A stretch of DNA of 50,281 nt. Origin: Polyangiaceae bacterium (lineage in GTDB: Bacteria; Myxococcota_A; Polyangia; Polyangiales; Polyangiaceae). The DNA lies in assembly GCA_050287085.1 (NCBI GenBank), contig JBNKBE010000032.1:1-50281 (forward strand), written 5' to 3'. The position numbers and the translations under genes are program-made. The notes under the pieces were generated by a model. That model worked only from the letters and a program-made list of their open reading frames with translations. It did not search any database and had not been told where the DNA came from. Shown here one piece after another: positions 27,569 to 37,141 of the stretch; the stretch's first letter is position 1, and each line of letters begins with the position of its first letter.

Positions 27569-29677
27569 CTAGGCGACCGCGCACCGTCTGGAGTTTGGGC
27601 TTGGCTTGAGGGGCGTGGTGAAGTCGCGCCCCGAGACTGCGCGTCCGAACAGGTAGCCCTGGAGCAAGTGGCATCCTTCGCCACACAGCATTTGACGCTG
27701 CGCTTCGTCTTCGACGCCCTCAGCGACGACTTCCAGCCCCAGGCGAGAAGCCAGCTGAATGATACCTCCTACGAGGCGCTTGTGGCGCGGGTCGTCACAC
27801 AGGTTCTTGATGAAGCTCTTGTCGATCTTGACGGCACTGATTGGGAAGCGCTGCAGGTGCGACAGGGAGCTATACCCCGTTCCGAAGTCGTCGAGCACCA
27901 GTCGAAAGCCCAGCTCATGGAGCGCGTGAAGGCTTTGCGTGGCCAGTGTTTCGTCTGTGATGAGCGCCGTTTCGGTCAGTTCCAATTCCACGTCGTTTGG
28001 AATCAGTCCGGCTTGTTCGATCGCTCGTTGCACCTCGTCGGCTAGCCCGGGGCGCGCGAGTTGCTTGGCCGAGAGGTTGACGGCAATGTGGGGCACCTCG
28101 TAGCCATCGTTGCGCCATTCGGCGAGCTGTCGGCAAGCAGCGGAGAACAGCCATGGCCCTAGGCCGACGATCAACCCGGTCTCTTCCAGGATCGAAAGAA
28201 ACTGTTCGGCTGGCACCAGGTTGCCGTCGTCTTGTTGCCAGCGCAGCAGTGCTTCAGCCCCCCTGAGGGCCCCGGTGGACGCGTATTGCGGCTGATAGTG
28301 TAGCAGCAGCTGCTTGTTTTCGACCGCGTAGCGCAGGGCGGTCTCCATCCGAAAGCGCTCCGCGATTCTGCGCGTGAGTTCGATGCCGTGTAGTCGAAAG
28401 CCGTTGCGTCCCGCCGACTTGACCTCGTACATGGCGGCGTCGGCCGCCGCGAGCAGAGTGTCGCAGTCGGTACCCGAGTCAGGGAATAGAGCTCCGCCGA
28501 TGCTGGAGGTGGGCTGCAGGGTGATCCCGCTCAAGGATAAGGGACGCCGCAAGGCATCGAGGATGCGGCGACCGAGCAGCTCAGCATCGCCGGGTTCTGT
28601 GATGGGCTCAGCAATGACGGCGAACTCGTCACCTCCGAGGCGCGCCACCGTATCTGTTTCGCGAACTGCGCCTTGGAGGCGTTCAGCCATCTGTTGCAGA
28701 TAGGCGTCGCCGGCGTCATGGCCGAAGGCGTCGTTGACCGACTTGAAGCGGTCCATGTCGAGCAACAACACGGCGAAGCGGTCACCGCTGCGTCGCGAGC
28801 GGGCGAGGGCCTCCGCGACGCGCTGCCGAAACAGCGTGCGATTGGCAAGTCCGGTGAGTTGATCGCGAAATGCCATGTTCGCGAGGCGGAGCTCGGCATT
28901 TTTCCGCTCCCGCGCGTAGCGCAGCGCTTTGGCGATGGTGGCACCACCGACCTGCCCCTTGATGAGATAGTCCTGGGCTCCGGCTTGGACACAATGCAAC
29001 GCAAGCTCCGGATCAGAGCTTCCGGAAAGGACCACCAATGCGAGGTTCGGGGCTTGGGCTTGCAAGCGTGCGACAGTGCGCACTCCGTAGGAGTCGGGCA
29101 ACGATAGATCCACGGCGGCCACGTCGATCTCGTGCATGTCGAGGCGCTGTTCGGCGTCTCGCAGGGACTCGGCAGCTGTAACCTTGAACACCCCGCTCCC
29201 GTTGAGGCGCAGCGCCGTTTGGAAGAGGGCTGCATCGGCAGGGTCGTCATCCAGTACGAGTACGCGCATGGCGGGCTGCTGGCGGCTCGGCGGGGGCGGC
29301 ATCGTCGACATGCGGTCATTGCCCGACGAGGTCAGCGCCCGCTCCAGCGCCTCTTCACCCCATGGCTTGCGCAAGACAACCGAGGCGTGGCCGTGAGGGA
29401 AAGACTCAGCCGCGATATCTGGGTTGCCCGTCACAACAATGAAGCGAGCACCCCGCTGGGTGGGACTCAGGCGTTGCAGCAGCGCGACGCCCCCCATGCC
29501 AGGCATGTGCAGATCGGTTACTACGGCGCGCAGCGCCACCCCCTCCGCCAACGCCAACGCTTCTTCCCCGCTCGCGGCTACTATCGGCTCCAGCCCGAGA
29601 GTACGGATAGAGCGCGCCAGTGCGCTGCGCACCTGCGGCTCGTCGTCGACGACCAAAACCTGACCAGGAAGCCCCAC
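27569..29677 (-). CDS. REC-REC-GGDEF-EAL diguanylate cyclase/phosphodiesterase
   Basis: Two REC domains; DQLTGLANR, RETD (I-site), RLGGDEF; EALLRW, ELELTE, LDDFGTGYSSL, KIDKSF, EGVE, QGYL. Confidence 0.95.
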   Translation of the reverse strand: MGLPGQVLVVDDEPQVRSALARSIRTLGLEPIVAASGEEALALAEGVALRAVVTDLHMPGMGGVALLQRLSPTQRGARFIVVTGNPDIAAESFPHGHASVVLRKPWGEEALERALTSSGNDRMSTMPPPPSRQQPAMRVLVLDDDPADAALFQTALRLNGSGVFKVTAAESLRDAEQRLDMHEIDVAAVDLSLPDSYGVRTVARLQAQAPNLALVVLSGSSDPELALHCVQAGAQDYLIKGQVGGATIAKALRYARERKNAELRLANMAFRDQLTGLANRTLFRQRVAEALARSRRSGDRFAVLLLDMDRFKSVNDAFGHDAGDAYLQQMAERLQGAVRETDTVARLGGDEFAVIAEPITEPGDAELLGRRILDALRRPLSLSGITLQPTSSIGGALFPDSGTDCDTLLAAADAAMYEVKSAGRNGFRLHGIELTRRIAERFRMETALRYAVENKQLLLHYQPQYASTGALRGAEALLRWQQDDGNLVPAEQFLSILEETGLIVGLGPWLFSAACRQLAEWRNDGYEVPHIAVNLSAKQLARPGLADEVQRAIEQAGLIPNDVELELTETALITDETLATQSLHALHELGFRLVLDDFGTGYSSLSHLQRFPISAVKIDKSFIKNLCDDPRHKRLVGGIIQLASRLGLEVVAEGVEDEAQRQMLCGEGCHLLQGYLFGRAVSGRDFTTPLKPSPNSRRCAVA

Positions 29678-29772
29678 ATATGCAGCTTACGGTCGAAGCT
29701 TGGGGTTCTTGAGCACCACCGACTAGTTAAGCCTCACCCCCTGGATAGTCCGCGGTGGCTAGCCGCTAGTCC

Positions 29773-32652
29773 CTACCCCGGATCCGGTGCAAACGCGAAT
29801 AGTATCAGTCGGTTACCGGTCTGCGGTTCCCGTTCGGGGCGAACGTTCATGCGCACAACCTGGCTGCGCCCGTCCGGGAGCGGGACTTGGCGTTTCACTG
29901 AGAACGGAAGTGCTTCCCCTGCGCGGAGGCGCTCAAAGAGCTTGTCCGCCGACTCGCGCTCCGCGGGGCCCAGCGCGGTCATGAACTCGTCGAGGGTCAT
30001 GGCGGGCGCTTCGTCGCGCCCGAGGAGTCGTTGCGCGACGCGCGAGAATTCGATCGTTTCCTCATCGAGATCCACAATAGCGTAGCCCACGCCTGTGAGT
30101 TCAGCCGCAAGCTCATGGGTTGCGGCGAGACGACGTGTGTTGATCTCGTTGCGTTTGACGCCGGTGATATCTCGCAACGTGAGGATGACGCCGCTCTTAT
30201 CCCCGGGCGAGGCGGCAAACGCCCGCATGGATACCAGCCACCAGGTGTTGTCGCGGGCGTCGAGCTCACGGGTGAGAGCATCTTGGCCGGCGAGCACGGT
30301 TTGGACGTCCGCTTCGAGCTCGGGGTAGTTGGCGTGAAAAGCGATTTCGCGAATGGGTCGTCCCACATCCTCTCGGCGCACGGGGAGGAAGCGCGTCGTG
30401 ACTTCGTTGTAGCGGCGAATGCAGAGCGAAGAGTCGAGAAAGAGAACGCCCGCGTCGATCGACGTCAGCAGACTTTCGAGATCGGCGTTGAGTTCTTCGA
30501 GTTCGCTGATCTTCTGCTGATACTCAGTGTTCACTGAGTACAACTCTTCATTGACGCTCTGTAGCTCTTCGTTGGTGCTTTGCAGCTCTTCGTTGGACGC
30601 TGTTAGCTCTTCGTTCGTCGCTTGAAGTTCCTCATTGGCGCCCTCGAGGTCTTGCACCGCGGCGTGTAGGTTCTCGCGGGTGACAACCAGTTCATCCTCG
30701 AGCTCTCGAATGCGTCGCACCGCCGCATCATCGAGCTGCTTCTCGTGAACGCCCTCGTCGGCGGTGTCTTGTTGCTCCTCGAAGAAGATCAGAAGTCCGG
30801 TATCGATACCCGGCAAGTCATGAGTGGGAATTAGGCGGACATCGACGCTGGCGAGGTGGGAGTCCCCGACGTGCACCCCTGGGATACGCACTTCAGAACC
30901 CTTGCTCAGCGCCTGTTTGCCGGCAGAACTCAGCAGCACACTCAGCGGCTGGGGGACCATGCGAAGCAGGTTCAGACTGAGGCGTCCCGGGGAGAGCGTC
31001 ACGTAGGGAGCAACGCGTCCGAAGACCTGTACGATGGAGAACTGCGAATCGACAGCCACCCCCGGTGGCACATAACGCGCGAGGACAGCTTCGTAGAGCA
31101 GCTCGGAAGAGGACGTTTGCGAGGGCTTCACGGCCGGGTTGGCCTGCAGATCATGCAGCTCGGGCTTCGTTCGAAACGGCGCGCGCTCGGAGGGCAAGGC
31201 CACGAAGAGGTTGCCGCGGCCGGTCATGTGGCGAAAGCGAGTGGTGGGTGAGTCGGTGACCGCTTCGCTCGAGCCAAGCATTAGAAAGGCGCCATCGCGC
31301 AGCGAGGAGCGCAGGCGTGCTACGACGCGTTGCTGTCCTTCCTTGTCCAGGTAGATCAGCATGTTGCGACAGGTGGCGAGATCCAAGCGTGTAAACGGCG
31401 GATCCGTCAGCAGATTGTGCGGCGCAAATGTGATTGCGTCGCGCAGGGAGCGTCGCACGACGAGGTTCTCCCCCTGCCGTTCGAAGTAGCGTTCTCTCAG
31501 CTCGAGTGGCACGTGGCTACACGCGGCTTCCGGGTACTCCCCGCGCCGAGCGAAGCTGAGCGAGTCACGTCGGATGTCGGTTGCGAAGAGGCGAAAGTTG
31601 CGGGTCGGGCTCTTGGTGCTCACCAGGTGGGAGTGCAGGAGCATGCCCAACGTATAAGCTTCTTCGCCAGTGGCGCAGCCCGCTACCCAAACGCGGATTG
31701 TTTCATGTTCGGGAACACGCTCCGTAATGCGGGGCAGCACTTTCTCCGCGAGCGCCTTCCAAGCGTCGGGATCGCGAAAGAATTGGGTAACTCCGATGAG
31801 CAGCTCGCGACATAGGTGCTGAGCTTCTTCCTCGTCCTGACGGACCGCTTCGGCGTAGTCACTGATGGACGCATGGCCTAGCAGGCTGGTGCGGCGTTGG
31901 ACTCGTCGCCAGATCGTACCCGGCTTATAGGAGCCAAAACTAATTCCGGTGCTCCGGCGCAGGTGCTGCATCAGCTCGCGCATCGCGGCGGCCGCTTCGG
32001 ATTCCTCGGCTTCGGTCTTGCCCAGGACGGGGTGTGTTACGAAGCTTGCCAGCCGCGTCGCCATCGCCGGAGCTGGCAGCACGAAGTCGATCAAGTCGGT
32101 CGCGATGGCGCTGTTGGGCATTCCGTCGAACTTCGCCGTTCGCGGATCCTGCGCCATCGTGAGGCCACCGCTTTCCTTGATGACGCGAATGCCATGAGTG
32201 CCATCGGTGCCAGTGCCGCTCAGGATGATGCCGGCGCACTGATCGCCCTGCCCGTTGGCCAGCGACTCGAAGAACAAGTTGATGGGACGGGTTAGGTGCG
32301 CCGTTTCGCGATCGGCCAGTTTGAAGCGCCCGTTTTCCAAGAAAAGCGCCTTCTTTGCCGGGAGGATATAGACCCGGTCCGGAACCGGTACCGTGTCGTG
32401 CTCAACTTCGGTCACACGCAGTCGCGTGTGCCGCTGGAGCAGCTCGGTCATCATGCTCTTGAAGTCGGGCGACAGGTGCTGCACCACGACGTAGGCGATG
32501 CCCGCGCCGGGCACCACCCCGCGAAAGAACTCCTCCAATGCCTCCAACCCGCCGGCAGAGGCACCTACGCCGGCGATGAAGAAGGGCAGGCGGGCCTGGG
32601 CATCCAGCTCGGAGGTCTCATCCGATGCCGTTCGACTGAGCACACCGCTCAT
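29773..32652 (-). CDS. CheB-CheR fusion protein with PAS domains and an NEEL-repeat coiled coil
   Basis: CheB: GASAGG, VQHLSP, SGTGTDG. CheR: VTQFFRD, WVAGCATGEEAY, CRNMLIYL. Then PAS, a NEELQ/NEELT heptad run and C-terminal PAS domains; no kinase domain. Confidence 0.93.
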   Translation of the reverse strand: MSGVLSRTASDETSELDAQARLPFFIAGVGASAGGLEALEEFFRGVVPGAGIAYVVVQHLSPDFKSMMTELLQRHTRLRVTEVEHDTVPVPDRVYILPAKKALFLENGRFKLADRETAHLTRPINLFFESLANGQGDQCAGIILSGTGTDGTHGIRVIKESGGLTMAQDPRTAKFDGMPNSAIATDLIDFVLPAPAMATRLASFVTHPVLGKTEAEESEAAAAMRELMQHLRRSTGISFGSYKPGTIWRRVQRRTSLLGHASISDYAEAVRQDEEEAQHLCRELLIGVTQFFRDPDAWKALAEKVLPRITERVPEHETIRVWVAGCATGEEAYTLGMLLHSHLVSTKSPTRNFRLFATDIRRDSLSFARRGEYPEAACSHVPLELRERYFERQGENLVVRRSLRDAITFAPHNLLTDPPFTRLDLATCRNMLIYLDKEGQQRVVARLRSSLRDGAFLMLGSSEAVTDSPTTRFRHMTGRGNLFVALPSERAPFRTKPELHDLQANPAVKPSQTSSSELLYEAVLARYVPPGVAVDSQFSIVQVFGRVAPYVTLSPGRLSLNLLRMVPQPLSVLLSSAGKQALSKGSEVRIPGVHVGDSHLASVDVRLIPTHDLPGIDTGLLIFFEEQQDTADEGVHEKQLDDAAVRRIRELEDELVVTRENLHAAVQDLEGANEELQATNEELTASNEELQSTNEELQSVNEELYSVNTEYQQKISELEELNADLESLLTSIDAGVLFLDSSLCIRRYNEVTTRFLPVRREDVGRPIREIAFHANYPELEADVQTVLAGQDALTRELDARDNTWWLVSMRAFAASPGDKSGVILTLRDITGVKRNEINTRRLAATHELAAELTGVGYAIVDLDEETIEFSRVAQRLLGRDEAPAMTLDEFMTALGPAERESADKLFERLRAGEALPFSVKRQVPLPDGRSQVVRMNVRPEREPQTGNRLILFAFAPDPG

Positions 32653-33101
32653 CCGTGCACGCCTCTCTTCTTGGTATTGTCCAACGCCACGAGGTTCATC
32701 CAGAAGCTATCCAAAGCATTCACCAGTTCGATTAGGGCGCTCAGGCTCTCCGGCTTTCGCACGACGGCATTGGCGTGGCGGAGATAGCTTTCACGGTAGT
32801 CCGCCTGGTTGACTGACCCTGTGAGTACTACAACGGGGATGTTTCGCGTTGCGGGGTGCTCCTTCAGTCTACCGAGCAACTCGAATCCCGACATTGTAGG
32901 TAGCGTCAAGTCGAGCAAGATGAGTCCGATCTCGGGAGCGGTCTCGTGGGGCGGGTTTCGCTCCAGGAAGAGCAGGGCTTCTTCTCCGGTCCGAACCTGG
33001 TGTAGCTGCTCGCTCGTAACCTCCGTGCCCGACAGGGAGGTCTCAAGCATGGTGGCGTCGATAGGATTGTCTTCGACGTGGAGAATATGAACTTTTTCCA
33101 T
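32649..33101 (-). CDS. Single-domain response regulator (Rcp1-like)
   Basis: ILHVEDNPID, LILLDLTLPTMSG, IPVVVLTGS, ANAVVRKP, FW near the C-terminus. ATG 33101; 4-bp overlap with the CheB-CheR fusion. Confidence 0.9.
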   Translation of the reverse strand: MEKVHILHVEDNPIDATMLETSLSGTEVTSEQLHQVRTGEEALLFLERNPPHETAPEIGLILLDLTLPTMSGFELLGRLKEHPATRNIPVVVLTGSVNQADYRESYLRHANAVVRKPESLSALIELVNALDSFWMNLVALDNTKKRGVHG

Positions 33102-33267
33102 GAAGGCGTCGCTCGCACCTAGACCCAAAAGATACGCGCACGTAGAGAGCGTGGCTCCTGCGGAGAAGCAGGGTAACCTCGACCGCGCCCGCCGCGAAAG
33201 GACTATTGTCGCAGGTTGAAGTGGACTGACCTCGCCGCGTGTATTATGCCTTCCGCTGGGGGCTTGG

Positions 33268-35976
33268 ATGAGCGAAGTCGCAACCACGGCGCTGCTTGTT
33301 GGGCGCGAGAGGGCTGTTGCTCTCGCGAGCCAACTAACGGAGTGTAAGCTCCGCTTTGAGATCCATACCTCGCTCATGGGGCTCGGGGAGCGCATTGCCG
33401 AAGGCGGCGTCTCGGCGGTGCTATTCGTGGACGAGGGTGGGGCCCCGCCGTCGCCCGTGCTCATTCGCCACGTTCGCAGTATGGACCCGGTAGTGGTCGT
33501 CGGCATCACCTGCCGCGGGTCGCTGGAAGAGGCAGAGGCCCGCGGCCTATGGGCCGGCGCGGACGGAGTGTTGGAGGAGCGGGCAGGGGCGCGCTGGTTC
33601 GACGTCCGTATCGCGCACCTGGCGAGTCGCAGGCGGCGGATGCAACGCGATCGGGTGAACCGCTGCGGGCCCGTCCGAGTCGTCTTGGCGGGGGCGGAGC
33701 ATCACCTTGGGCTACCTTCGGTCATGGACGCCGTGGACCGGCGTGCGATTCAGCTCTCCTACGCGCGCACTCCGCGAGAAGCGCTGGTTAGCGTGCACGA
33801 GCGGCTTACCTCCGTAGTCGTGTTGGAGCAGACCGCGTTGCAAGATCAGTTGGCGGACGTTGTGGCTGCTCTCGTCGCGTTCGACCCCGACGTATTTGTG
33901 CAAGTTGTGGGGGATCCCGCTACGATCGGCGTGACGCAGGCGATGCTGGCCGGCGCTCAGGAGGCGCTGTGGGCACCCCTGGGCCGTCACCAGTTGCGTT
34001 GGGCCCTCGGGCGTGCGGTTGACGCTATCGATACTTCGACCCAGGTGGTGGCTTCCGGCCGCGTTGTGTTGGTGGGGCGCAGGGGGCATGCAACGGCGCT
34101 TGCGCGGCGCACGCTGATGGATGCGGGGATCGACGCCGTAGTGATCGAGGCGGAAGGCGTGCCCAGTCTTCCGTCAGCGGTGGCGGCGGCGCGGGCGGAC
34201 GCGGTTGTCGTCTGGCTTGAATCAACCACCACCGAAGGCGTTGCTCGGGAGTTCGTGCGAACGATTGTGGGTATCCAAGGTGTACCTCTGCTCGCATCGG
34301 TGGTTGAACCGACCAGCGAAGCCATTTGGAGATTGGTGGCCTTGGGGGCGTACGATGTGCTGGACAGCACCTCGCTTGCGCGACAAAGCTTGCCGGTGCG
34401 GGTGGTGGCCGCACGCAGCCGCTTCTCGGAGTGGCAGAAGTATCGCCTGGCGGTTTCAGACCTTCAGGCGCGCGAACTGGGGCAGCGCAGTATGCTCGAG
34501 CGCAGCGCAGATGGGATGGTGGTGCTCGGTCCGGACGATCGCGTCCGCTACGCAAACCCCGCCGCCGAGCGCTTGTTTCAGTCGGTGACTGGGTCGCTGA
34601 CGGGTCAGCTCTTCGCCTGGCCTATCGTCTCCAGCAAGCCAGTTGTTCTGCCGCCGTCGGCGCGTTGTCCGGAGGGGCACCTCGTCAAGCTCTCGTTCAC
34701 GGAGATCGTCTGGGAGGACAGCGCCGCGCGCTTGGTCAGCGTGCGCGAGATCACTGACGAGGTTCGCACCGCGGCGCTGCGGGAGAAGCTTCTCCACACC
34801 GAACGTCTCGCGGCGATTGGGCAGCTGGCAGCGGGTATCACCCACGAGATCAACAATCCTGCCTCATACGTGTTTGCCAATCTGGTTGCGATGCAGCGAG
34901 CTCTTCGGGCGCTGTGGGAGTCCGACGCTCAGATCCCCCCCAGCTTCGAGGAGCTGCATCAAATGGTCAGCGACAGTCTCGAGGGCATGGCGCGCATTCG
35001 CGAAATAACCCATGACCTTAGAACTTTCGGGCGTATCGAGACCGACGAAGTCGAGCGCATCAGCATCAATTCCGTTGTGGAAACGGCGTGCAATATCGCG
35101 TTCAACGAGGTGCGCTACCGGGCTAAGTTGGTCAAGCAGCTCCGTCCGGTGCCGCAGGTATCGGGTGCTCCTGGCAAACTGGGTCAGATCGTGACCAATC
35201 TTCTGGTCAACGCAGCTCAAGCGATGGAGGAGGGGCACGCGGAGCGCAATCAGATCATCGTCACTACCGGGTCCGACTCGCGGGAGGTTTGGCTGGTTGT
35301 GGAAGACACCGGTTGCGGCATTCCGGCCGACATCCGGACGAAGGTCTTTGAACCGTTTTTTACCACCAAGGAACGGGGGGTGGGTACCGGTCTGGGGCTT
35401 GCGCTGTGCGCGGACATCATTCGCCAGCACGGGGGCAGTATCGCCCTCCACGACCGTCAGCCGCGAGGCACTCGTGTTGAAGTGCGTCTGCCCATTGCAA
35501 GCCCGCTCCGCGCGGTGGAACGGGTCAAGTACCAGGCTACGGAACGCTCCCGCTCGCTCAGGATATTGGTCATTGATGACGAGCCGCTGGTGCTCCGCGG
35601 TCATCGTCGCCTCCTGCGCGAGCACGACGTGGTGACGGTGGGCAGCGGTCGTGAAGCCCTGGAGCTGCTGACCCGTGACAATCGTTTCGACCTCGTATTG
35701 TGCGACGTGATGATGCCGGAGATGGACGGGGTTACGGTGCATGAGCAGGTGACGGCCAGTCTGCCCGCGCTGGCGAAGCGATTTGCTTTCTGCTCTGGGG
35801 GAGCGCTCAGCCCTCGCGCTAGAGGCTATCTCGCTCAGAGTCGCACGCCGATGGTGGACAAGCCCATCCGGCCGGAATCTCTGGACCGCGTACTGCTGGA
35901 TATCGACGCGCTGGCTGACGAGCTAGTCGAAAGCGGCGTTGAGCGTGGCGCGCTGGCGCGTGACGTCAGCGCCTGA
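33268..35976 (+). CDS. Hybrid histidine kinase with degenerate N-terminal receiver-like domains, PAS, HisKA, HATPase and REC
   Basis: H-box GITHEINNPA, NLLVNAAQA, DTGCGI, FFTTK..GTGLGL, C-terminal REC (LCDVMMPEMDG). The N-terminal ~390 aa look like three decayed REC folds. Confidence 0.88.
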   Translation: MSEVATTALLVGRERAVALASQLTECKLRFEIHTSLMGLGERIAEGGVSAVLFVDEGGAPPSPVLIRHVRSMDPVVVVGITCRGSLEEAEARGLWAGADGVLEERAGARWFDVRIAHLASRRRRMQRDRVNRCGPVRVVLAGAEHHLGLPSVMDAVDRRAIQLSYARTPREALVSVHERLTSVVVLEQTALQDQLADVVAALVAFDPDVFVQVVGDPATIGVTQAMLAGAQEALWAPLGRHQLRWALGRAVDAIDTSTQVVASGRVVLVGRRGHATALARRTLMDAGIDAVVIEAEGVPSLPSAVAAARADAVVVWLESTTTEGVAREFVRTIVGIQGVPLLASVVEPTSEAIWRLVALGAYDVLDSTSLARQSLPVRVVAARSRFSEWQKYRLAVSDLQARELGQRSMLERSADGMVVLGPDDRVRYANPAAERLFQSVTGSLTGQLFAWPIVSSKPVVLPPSARCPEGHLVKLSFTEIVWEDSAARLVSVREITDEVRTAALREKLLHTERLAAIGQLAAGITHEINNPASYVFANLVAMQRALRALWESDAQIPPSFEELHQMVSDSLEGMARIREITHDLRTFGRIETDEVERISINSVVETACNIAFNEVRYRAKLVKQLRPVPQVSGAPGKLGQIVTNLLVNAAQAMEEGHAERNQIIVTTGSDSREVWLVVEDTGCGIPADIRTKVFEPFFTTKERGVGTGLGLALCADIIRQHGGSIALHDRQPRGTRVEVRLPIASPLRAVERVKYQATERSRSLRILVIDDEPLVLRGHRRLLREHDVVTVGSGREALELLTRDNRFDLVLCDVMMPEMDGVTVHEQVTASLPALAKRFAFCSGGALSPRARGYLAQSRTPMVDKPIRPESLDRVLLDIDALADELVESGVERGALARDVSA

Positions 35977-35983
35977 GCGCTAC

Positions 35984-37141
35984 CTACTTGAGCACCCGAA
36001 CCAGCACCGGTTCGCGGATGGGCTGCCGTTCTGCAAACTGCTGAATCTGCTCGAGCAACGCTGTCGTCACTTCGTTTTCGGCGGCCGCGATCGTGAGGCC
36101 CCCCTTCGTCTTCAGCGGTTCGGCTAGAATCATTCCGGGTTGGAGGAGAGCGAGCGCTACACGGGTTTCCTCAGCGGCCTCGTGATGCTCGTAGAGACGC
36201 TTCAGCGCTTGAGCAATCTTGGGGGAGCGAGACTTGTTCCGGCGCGCGACGGAGGCGATTGCGACGCGTGCAGAAACTCCGGCTTCGACCAAACCGGAGT
36301 ACTCGAGCGATTCCCGCACAATCAGCGCTTCCAACGACACCTGAGCGTCCGCCTCTCCGTCGAGGCGACCAGCTTCGCGGATCAGGTCTCTCACCCGCTC
36401 CAGACGCGGCACTTGCGCCACCATCCGCTGCGCAACCCAGTTGCAACGGCGGACCATGAGCTTTTCCTCGGCCGAGTCGAGTCGACCTAGTCGGTTGCGA
36501 TCGGCGACGTCGGGGGGCAGCGTCATGCGTGAGATTTGCCAAAACATGGCAGCGAGCTCCACGTGCCAGGATTCTTCCAGTTGCAGGATCTGCGCAAGCG
36601 AGCGTACGAGGCTTCTAAGCCGAAGCAAGGGCGTCAACAGCTCTGGGGTCAGCAGTCCCAGGACGTCCGTAACGAGCCCCAGTGCACCTCGCAAGGTTTG
36701 ATCTAGGAGGACATGTTCACTCTCGGCCAGCTCATGCTGGCGGACGGCGTCGCGCAGGGCTTTTGCGAGGGCTTCGCGAGTACATGGCTTGGTCAGAAAG
36801 CGAAACACCTCGCCTTCGTTTACCGCGGCCATGGCCGACTGGAGGTCGGCGTGCCCCGTCAGTAACAGGCGCACCACGTTGGGCCAGCGCACCTTCACTT
36901 CGCTGAGCAGGTCAGCGCCGTTGCGACCCGGCATGCGCATGTCCGACATCACCACGGCGATGTCCTCTCGCTGGGCGAGCGTCTCGAGCGCTGCGGCCGC
37001 TGAGGTCGCTGATAGGACGTCAAACTCACGGCTGAGCACCCGCGTGAGGCCCGACAGCACACCGGGCTCGTCGTCGACGCATAGAATTGTGGTTTTGCGT
37101 GCGGGCTTGCGCGTCGTGGATTCGGGCCGAGATTGGGTCAT
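35984..37141 (-). CDS. Response regulator with a degenerate HD-type helical output domain
   Basis: REC (ILCVDDE, MSDMRMPG, LLTGHAD, FLTKP). The C-terminal helical region follows the RpfG/HD-like layout but has no HD or GYP motif. Confidence 0.8.
   Translation of the reverse strand: MTQSRPESTTRKPARKTTILCVDDEPGVLSGLTRVLSREFDVLSATSAAAALETLAQREDIAVVMSDMRMPGRNGADLLSEVKVRWPNVVRLLLTGHADLQSAMAAVNEGEVFRFLTKPCTREALAKALRDAVRQHELAESEHVLLDQTLRGALGLVTDVLGLLTPELLTPLLRLRSLVRSLAQILQLEESWHVELAAMFWQISRMTLPPDVADRNRLGRLDSAEEKLMVRRCNWVAQRMVAQVPRLERVRDLIREAGRLDGEADAQVSLEALIVRESLEYSGLVEAGVSARVAIASVARRNKSRSPKIAQALKRLYEHHEAAEETRVALALLQPGMILAEPLKTKGGLTIAAAENEVTTALLEQIQQFAERQPIREPVLVRVLK

Noticed and set aside
22897..32652. 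Classical chemotaxis operon
   Set aside because: No CheA, CheW or MCP is present; CheR and CheB accompany ordinary HisKA kinases.
33102..33509. Long N-terminal extension of the ORF 32649..33509
   Set aside because: It overlaps the divergent kinase gene. The REC domain starts at ATG 33101 and the extension looks like antisense read-through.
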